64,000 nucleotides of DNA from an uncultured SAR116 cluster alpha proteobacterium (lineage in GTDB: Bacteria; Pseudomonadota; Alphaproteobacteria; Puniceispirillales; GCA-002684695): contig CABYVI010000001.1 in assembly GCA_902522415.1 (NCBI GenBank), forward strand, positions 9,067 to 73,066, written 5' to 3'. Below are positions 59,507 through 64,000 of the stretch, one piece after another; the first letter of the stretch is position 1, and the number at the start of each line of letters is the position of its first letter. The notes under the pieces were generated by a model. That model saw only the letters and a program-made list of their open reading frames with translations, had not been told where the DNA came from and did no database searches. The position numbers and the translations under genes are program-made.

Positions 59507-59539
59507 TTTTAGCCACCTTTATTAAAAAAGTGGCTAAAA
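59507..59539 (-). other. Intercistronic stem-loop between the binding-protein gene and the ATPase gene
   Basis: TTTTAGCCAC (59507-59516) and GTGGCTAAAA (59530-59539) form a perfect 10-bp inverted repeat with a 13-nt loop. It lies inside the 49-nt spacer between the SBP stop (59550) and the ATPase start (59500). Confidence 0.5.
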
Positions 59540-59549
59540 CATTTATTAA

Positions 59550-60557
59550 TTAGAAAGTAGATTTAGGTTCAGAATCAATAATCTCTACTGTAAATTTTCC
59601 TGCTGTAATGTCGCTTGCAAGGCTTGCGACTTGAGATTTTACTGAACTAGGAATTTTATCTTCAAACTCATAGTATGGTGCAAGAGAGGCTCCACCTTTT
59701 GCCATCATGGTCCAATGATGATATTCTTCTGCTTTAAAATTGCCAGCTTTTGTCAAGCTTATTGCATTATTAATTGCAGATTCCATATGCCATAACGCTG
59801 AGGTTACTACAACGCCTGTCCCGTTTTCTTCTTTATTCATGTCGTTGACATTTCCAAAAGCAAGTATACCTTTTTCTCTGCAAGCATCAACAACGCCAGC
59901 TCTTTCTGCATACATGATATCAACACCTGCTTCAATTTGAGCAAATGCTGCTTCTTTTGCTTTTGGTGGGTCGTACCAAGAGCCAATAAAAGTTACTTTA
60001 AATTGAATGTCAGGTTTTACAGATCTAGCGCCATTCATAAAGGCATGAAATAATCTGTTAACTTCACCAATTGCGTAACCACCGACCATACCTATTTTTT
60101 TTGCTTTAGTCATATTTCCCGCAATAATACCCATTAAATAACAAGGTTCATGAATGTAGTTGTCAAAAACTGAAAAATTATTGCCATGAGGCTTAAAAGG
60201 ATCTCCCATTAAAAAAGCAATATTAGGATAATCATCAGCAACTTTTCTTGCTTCTTTACTAATACCAAAAGCTTCTCCTACAATTAGTTGAACGCCACTT
60301 TCACAGTATTCTCTTAAAACTCTTACGTAGTCAGTGTTAGATACCTTTTCAGAAAAAACATAATCGATCTCTCCACTTTTCTGTGCTGCATCAAGTGCTA
60401 AATGAAGTCTTGCGTCCCATTTTTGCTGAATAGGTTGAGTGTAAATTCCAGCAACTTTAATTTTATTGCCTGCGAAAGAAGGAAAGTTTGATAAAGTAGC
60501 TAGTAACGCAGTAGCACCAATCGAAAACTCCCGTCTATTAATAAAAAGTTTAGCCAT
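59550..60557 (-). CDS. BMP-family (PnrA/Med-like) ABC transporter substrate-binding protein with a Tat-like signal
   Basis: 335 aa. The N-terminus is MAKLFINRREFSIGATALLATLSNFPSFA (RR-x-F motif, hydrophobic core, AxA-like site). The BMP-family body includes KVAGIYT, GEAFG and WYDP.KAKEAA. It is first gene of the transporter cluster. Confidence 0.8.
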   Translation of the reverse strand: MAKLFINRREFSIGATALLATLSNFPSFAGNKIKVAGIYTQPIQQKWDARLHLALDAAQKSGEIDYVFSEKVSNTDYVRVLREYCESGVQLIVGEAFGISKEARKVADDYPNIAFLMGDPFKPHGNNFSVFDNYIHEPCYLMGIIAGNMTKAKKIGMVGGYAIGEVNRLFHAFMNGARSVKPDIQFKVTFIGSWYDPPKAKEAAFAQIEAGVDIMYAERAGVVDACREKGILAFGNVNDMNKEENGTGVVVTSALWHMESAINNAISLTKAGNFKAEEYHHWTMMAKGGASLAPYYEFEDKIPSSVKSQVASLASDITAGKFTVEIIDSEPKSTF

Positions 60558-60785
60558 AGTTTTTCTCCCTTAGTTAAAATTAAAATAAATAAGCTCTACT
60601 AAATTATAATTTATTTTTGCTAAAGTTAGTCTACGAAAATGTTATATAGTTTTATATAGAATTACGAATCTTTTTTTTAAAAATCATAAAAAATATTCAA
60701 TTATTTATATTTAAAACTTATCTGTATTTTAAAAAATAAATAGGTTAAACATCTTTTAACATTAATTTTATGAAGGGTAATTACA

Positions 60786-61337
60786 TTGTCATTAGCAGAT
60801 ATTAGAAAAGTTGTTTTTCAAATAGATGAAACTCACAAGGAAATGGAGAAAGTGATTAGTAGTCCACCAAAAAAAATTATCGGCGCTGCAGTAATAAAAA
60901 ATAAATTTTCAAATAAGTATGTTGAAAATTTAGAACCTCTTTACGACATTGGCGCAGAAATTGGAGGTTATTTAGCAGAAAGATGTGTAAGCATACTTCA
61001 AGTAAAACCTGAAGAAATTGAGAGTTATGGTAAGGGCGCTATTGTAGGAGTTGATGGTGAAATTGAACACGCTGCTGCTCTTTTACATCCGAGATTTGGC
61101 GCTCCAGTGAGATCTGCTGTTGGATCAGGAAAAGATATTATTCCATCTACAAAAAAAATTGGCGGTCCAGGATCTGTTATTGTAATGCCTATGACTAATA
61201 AAGATAATATATGGGATTTTGATTTTATGGATGCAGCTGAAATAACAATTCCTGATGCACCCCAATCTGATGAGATACTGATTGCTGTATGTTTAGGCAT
61301 AGGTGGGAGGCCTCTTAAAAGAGTTAAACCTGATTAG
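60786..61337 (+). CDS. Amino acid synthesis family protein (PF06684/DUF1185-like), function unknown
   Basis: 183 aa with a TTG start preceded by GAAGGG. It matches the family pattern IRK......E....E.......P......AAV.KN.........L.PL......G..L, SYGKGAIVG..GE.EHAAALLH...G.P.R.A.G.GK..IPS..K.G and DAP..DEI....C...GGRP. Confidence 0.7.
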   Translation: MSLADIRKVVFQIDETHKEMEKVISSPPKKIIGAAVIKNKFSNKYVENLEPLYDIGAEIGGYLAERCVSILQVKPEEIESYGKGAIVGVDGEIEHAAALLHPRFGAPVRSAVGSGKDIIPSTKKIGGPGSVIVMPMTNKDNIWDFDFMDAAEITIPDAPQSDEILIAVCLGIGGRPLKRVKPD

Positions 61338-61351
61338 AAAGGAAAATATAA

Positions 61352-61660
61352 ATGTTTAAAGCAATTATTCTTTTGAAAAAGAAAAATGAAGTTTCATCTG
61401 AAGATTTTAAAAATTGGTGGATTAATGAACATTCTTCAAAGGCTGCGATGCTTCCAAAAATTAGGAAATTATGTTTTAACCTTGTTGAAAATGATAGTGA
61501 TAATGCTTATGATGGTGTCGCAGAGCAATGGTTCGATAGCCAAGAAGACTTTGAAAATGCCTATGCTAGTGAGATTGGAAAAAAAGTTGCTGCAGACTCC
61601 ATAAGTAATGTCTTGAAAAGAGACAGGCTTTTTGTAAAGGAACATAATATTGTTAATTAA
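61352..61660 (+). CDS. EthD-domain protein
   Basis: 102 aa. The sequence MFKAIILLKKK...SSEDF..WW..EH......LP.IRK...N.V.......YDGVAEQWFDS.EDFENAY.S..G..VAADS.SNV matches the EthD (TIGR02118-like) family pattern. Confidence 0.7.
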   Translation: MFKAIILLKKKNEVSSEDFKNWWINEHSSKAAMLPKIRKLCFNLVENDSDNAYDGVAEQWFDSQEDFENAYASEIGKKVAADSISNVLKRDRLFVKEHNIVN

Positions 61661-61684
61661 CATTTAAACCTAAAGGAGGAGTAG

Positions 61685-62809
61685 TTGAAAAATAGTGCAA
61701 ATAACTCAGCTGGTTTAAGAGGTCAAGTAGCAGGTGAGACAGAACTCTGTACTGTAGGGCAATCCGGAACTGGATTAACTTACAGAGGATATGAAATTAC
61801 CGACTTGGCTGAAAATGCAGAATTCGAAGAAGTTGCATTCCTTCTATTGAAGGGCCACCTGCCAAATAAAACAGAGTTAAGTAATTATAAAAACAAGTTA
61901 AAACAACTCAGAAAATTGCCTCAAGAACTAAAAAGTGTTTTAGAGAAAATTCCTTCTAATAGTCATCCAATGGATGTCATGAGAACTGGTTGTTCAATGT
62001 TGGGATGCCTTGAAACTGAAGAAAAATTTGAAGAGGAGGATGATAAGATTGACAGAATGCTAGCTTTATTTCCTTCGATTATTACATATTGGTATAAGTT
62101 TAGTCATGAAAGTTTAAGAATCGATACTGTAACTGATGATGAAACAATAGGTTCTCATTTTTTGAACTTATTACATGAAAAAAAACCATCTGAATTATTC
62201 ACAAAGGTAATGAATGTATCATTAATATTATATGCAGAACATGAGTTCAATGCATCTACGTTTGCTGCAAGGGTGTGTGCTTCAACATTATCTGATATAC
62301 ACAGCTGCATTACAGCTGCCATAGGAACTTTAAGGGGGCCACTTCATGGTGGTGCTAATGAAGCGGCCATGGATTTAATTGAGAAATTCAAAAATCCAGA
62401 TGAAGCTGAAAAAAAGTTATTAGACATGCTTCAAAGAAAAGAGAAAATAATGGGTTTTGGTCATGCTGTCTATAAAGAGAGTGATCCAAGGAATAACGTA
62501 ATTAAGAATTGGTCTGAAAAATTATCAAATGAAGTAAATGATAACGTTCTTTTTCCTGTTTCTGTAAGATGTGAAGAGGTTATGTGGAGAGAAAAAAAAT
62601 TGTTTTGCAACGCAGATTTTTTTCACGCATCCGCTTATCACTTCATGGGAATACCAACTAAACTTTTTACTCCAATTTTTGTTATGTCTAGAATTTCTGG
62701 TTGGGCTGCACATGTAAAGGAGCAAAGAAATAATAATAGAATAATAAGACCCTCAGCAGATTATACAGGGCCTGAAAACAAAGCTTTTATTAAAATTGAA
62801 GATAGATAA
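61685..62809 (+). CDS. prpC: 2-methylcitrate synthase / citrate synthase family
   Basis: 374 aa with a TTG start 7 nt after a strong AAGGAGGAG. It has the citrate synthase signature GFGHAVYKESDPR, plus AGLRG, YRGY and LHGGANE. It lies directly upstream of prpD. Confidence 0.85.
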   Translation: MKNSANNSAGLRGQVAGETELCTVGQSGTGLTYRGYEITDLAENAEFEEVAFLLLKGHLPNKTELSNYKNKLKQLRKLPQELKSVLEKIPSNSHPMDVMRTGCSMLGCLETEEKFEEEDDKIDRMLALFPSIITYWYKFSHESLRIDTVTDDETIGSHFLNLLHEKKPSELFTKVMNVSLILYAEHEFNASTFAARVCASTLSDIHSCITAAIGTLRGPLHGGANEAAMDLIEKFKNPDEAEKKLLDMLQRKEKIMGFGHAVYKESDPRNNVIKNWSEKLSNEVNDNVLFPVSVRCEEVMWREKKLFCNADFFHASAYHFMGIPTKLFTPIFVMSRISGWAAHVKEQRNNNRIIRPSADYTGPENKAFIKIEDR

Positions 62810-62823
62810 TTAGAAGGTAATAT

Positions 62824-64000
62824 ATGTCATTAAATGTAGATTATAATTTACGTCCTGATTACGATAAAGTAATCAAAAATATCGCAGACTATGTGATAAA
62901 TTATGAAGTTGATTCTAAAGATGCCATCGAAACAGCTAGAAATTGTTTAATTGACAGCATTGGTTGTGGTTTATTAGCTCTTCAATTTAAAGAATGCACC
63001 AAACATTTAGGACCTATTGTTGAGGGTACAGTTGTACCTAATGGATCTAGAGTACCTGGAACAAATTTTATTATGGACCCTGTGAAAGCTGCATGGGATA
63101 TAGGCTGTGTTATTCGATGGTTAGATTACAACGATACTTGGTTGGCAGCAGAGTGGGGACACCCATCAGATAATCTTGGAAGTATTTTAGGCTTATGTGA
63201 TCATCTATCCCAAAAGAGGGTAAAGGATGGCTTAAAGCCAATTTACATGAAGGAAATTTTGGAATTCATGGTTATGGCTCATGAGATACAAGGTGTTCTT
63301 GCAATTGAAAACTCTTTTAATAGAGTTGGTTTAGATCATGTTTTATTAGTTAGAGTTGCATCAACCGCAATATCAGCAAAAATAATGGGTGGTAACGAAG
63401 AGCAGATTAAGTCCGCGATTTCTCATGCGTGGGTTGATGGATCATCATTAAGAACTTATAGGCATGCACCAAATGCAGGTTCTAGAAAATCTTGGGCTGC
63501 GGGTGATGCCACTTCAAGAGGAGTGAGACTAGCTGACATAGCTTTAAGAGGAGAAATGGGAGTTCCCGGTGTCCTCACAGCTCCTCAATGGGGATTTTAT
63601 GATATTAGTTTTAATAAAACTAATAAAGATCAAAAATTGAAAGATAAAGCAGATCAAATTTTTAAGTTTAATCGAGATTACGGTAGCTATGTTATGGAGC
63701 ACATTCTCTTTAAAATTCAATATCCTGCTGAATTTCACGCACAAACTGCAGTAGAAGCTGCTGTAAAATTACATAACAATGTTAAAGATAAATTTAATGA
63801 AATAGATAAAATTGTAATTAGAACACAGGAACCTGCGATAAGAATTATATCAAAAGTAGGCACTCTCGCTAATGCTGCAGATAGAGATCACTGCATTCAA
63901 TATATGGCAGCCTTAGGGTTAATTTTCGGTGACTTGAAAGCTGAATTTTATGAAGATGACTTTCATAAAGAGCATCCATTAATCGATAAACTAAGAGACA
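62824..64000 (+). CDS. prpD: 2-methylcitrate dehydratase (MmgE/PrpD family), 3' end beyond the window
   Basis: It is not in the ORF track because there is no stop before the window edge. Frame 1 is open from ATG 62824: [24 protein letters not shown]...[16 protein letters not shown]...[35 protein letters not shown]...[18 protein letters not shown]. These are typical PrpD motifs. Confidence 0.85.
   Translation, partial: MSLNVDYNLRPDYDKVIKNIADYVINYEVDSKDAIETARNCLIDSIGCGLLALQFKECTKHLGPIVEGTVVPNGSRVPGTNFIMDPVKAAWDIGCVIRWLDYNDTWLAAEWGHPSDNLGSILGLCDHLSQKRVKDGLKPIYMKEILEFMVMAHEIQGVLAIENSFNRVGLDHVLLVRVASTAISAKIMGGNEEQIKSAISHAWVDGSSLRTYRHAPNAGSRKSWAAGDATSRGVRLADIALRGEMGVPGVLTAPQWGFYDISFNKTNKDQKLKDKADQIFKFNRDYGSYVMEHILFKIQYPAEFHAQTAVEAAVKLHNNVKDKFNEIDKIVIRTQEPAIRIISKVGTLANAADRDHCIQYMAALGLIFGDLKAEFYEDDFHKEHPLIDKLRD

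Noticed and set aside
1-64000. A search by eye for rRNA, tRNA, tmRNA, SRP RNA, riboswitches (glycine, SAM, TPP), CRISPR repeats, integrases, transposases, and toxin-antitoxin or defence gene clusters.
   Set aside because: No spacer is long or GC-rich enough to hold a tRNA or other conserved RNA, apart from the rpsF leader. No regularly spaced direct repeats were seen. No protein shows recombinase, transposase or nuclease-defence motifs. A covariance-model scan (Infernal/Rfam, tRNAscan-SE) would be the decisive check.

Overview
This is a very AT-rich (roughly 30% G+C by eye) and extremely gene-dense chromosomal window. Many genes abut or overlap by 1-14 nt, and most spacers are under 120 nt. 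Protein content and gene order are alphaproteobacterial. The streamlining and K/N/I-rich proteins fit a SAR11/Pelagibacterales-type genome; this is inference only, since no rRNA is present to confirm it. I can support about 70 CDS. Two real small genes fall below the ORF-track cutoff: rpmG and a 43-aa aa3 oxidase subunit IV-like protein. One gene remnant is a pyrC-like 3' end. By eye I found no rRNA, tRNA, CRISPR array, transposase, integrase or phage genes.

Content in order:
- A beta-oxidation operon: fadD', thiolase, HADH/ECH fusion and acyl-CoA dehydrogenase.
- aapQMP/yhdXYZ amino-acid ABC transporter genes with no binding-protein gene.
- sseA, followed by a small poorly characterised stretch: a secreted orphan, an enolase-superfamily enzyme, a GAF protein with a coupled small ORF, csp, small alpha/beta proteins and an Ldh_2 oxidoreductase.
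- yfgM-bamB-der.
- A long conserved housekeeping block: SDR, cvpA, mlaFE, alr, dnaB, rplI-rpsR-rpsF / fabD-fabG-acpP-fabF-mltG-gmk / rsmA-surA-lptGF / pepA, ndk.
- hda, rnd, an EipB-like protein, a ROK kinase, then rpmG-topA-plsY-ruvX / gatCAB.
- A LysR regulator with a perfect dyad operator candidate, and three small exported proteins.
- A BMP-family ABC transporter with a CodA-like cytosine deaminase and an MFS transporter.
- An AA_synth (PF06684-like) gene and an EthD gene leading into prpC-prpD.

I did not find a convincing novel multi-gene system such as a defence island. The observations most worth a second look are:
- The dihydroorotase gene scar, and other apparent excisions from ancestral syntenic blocks.
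- A GC-rich, SD-sequestering rpsF leader.
- The nucleobase-scavenging transporter/deaminase cluster.
- The uncharacterised AA_synth/EthD pair fused to the methylcitrate genes.
- A GAF plus putative wHTH regulator translationally coupled to a small protein.
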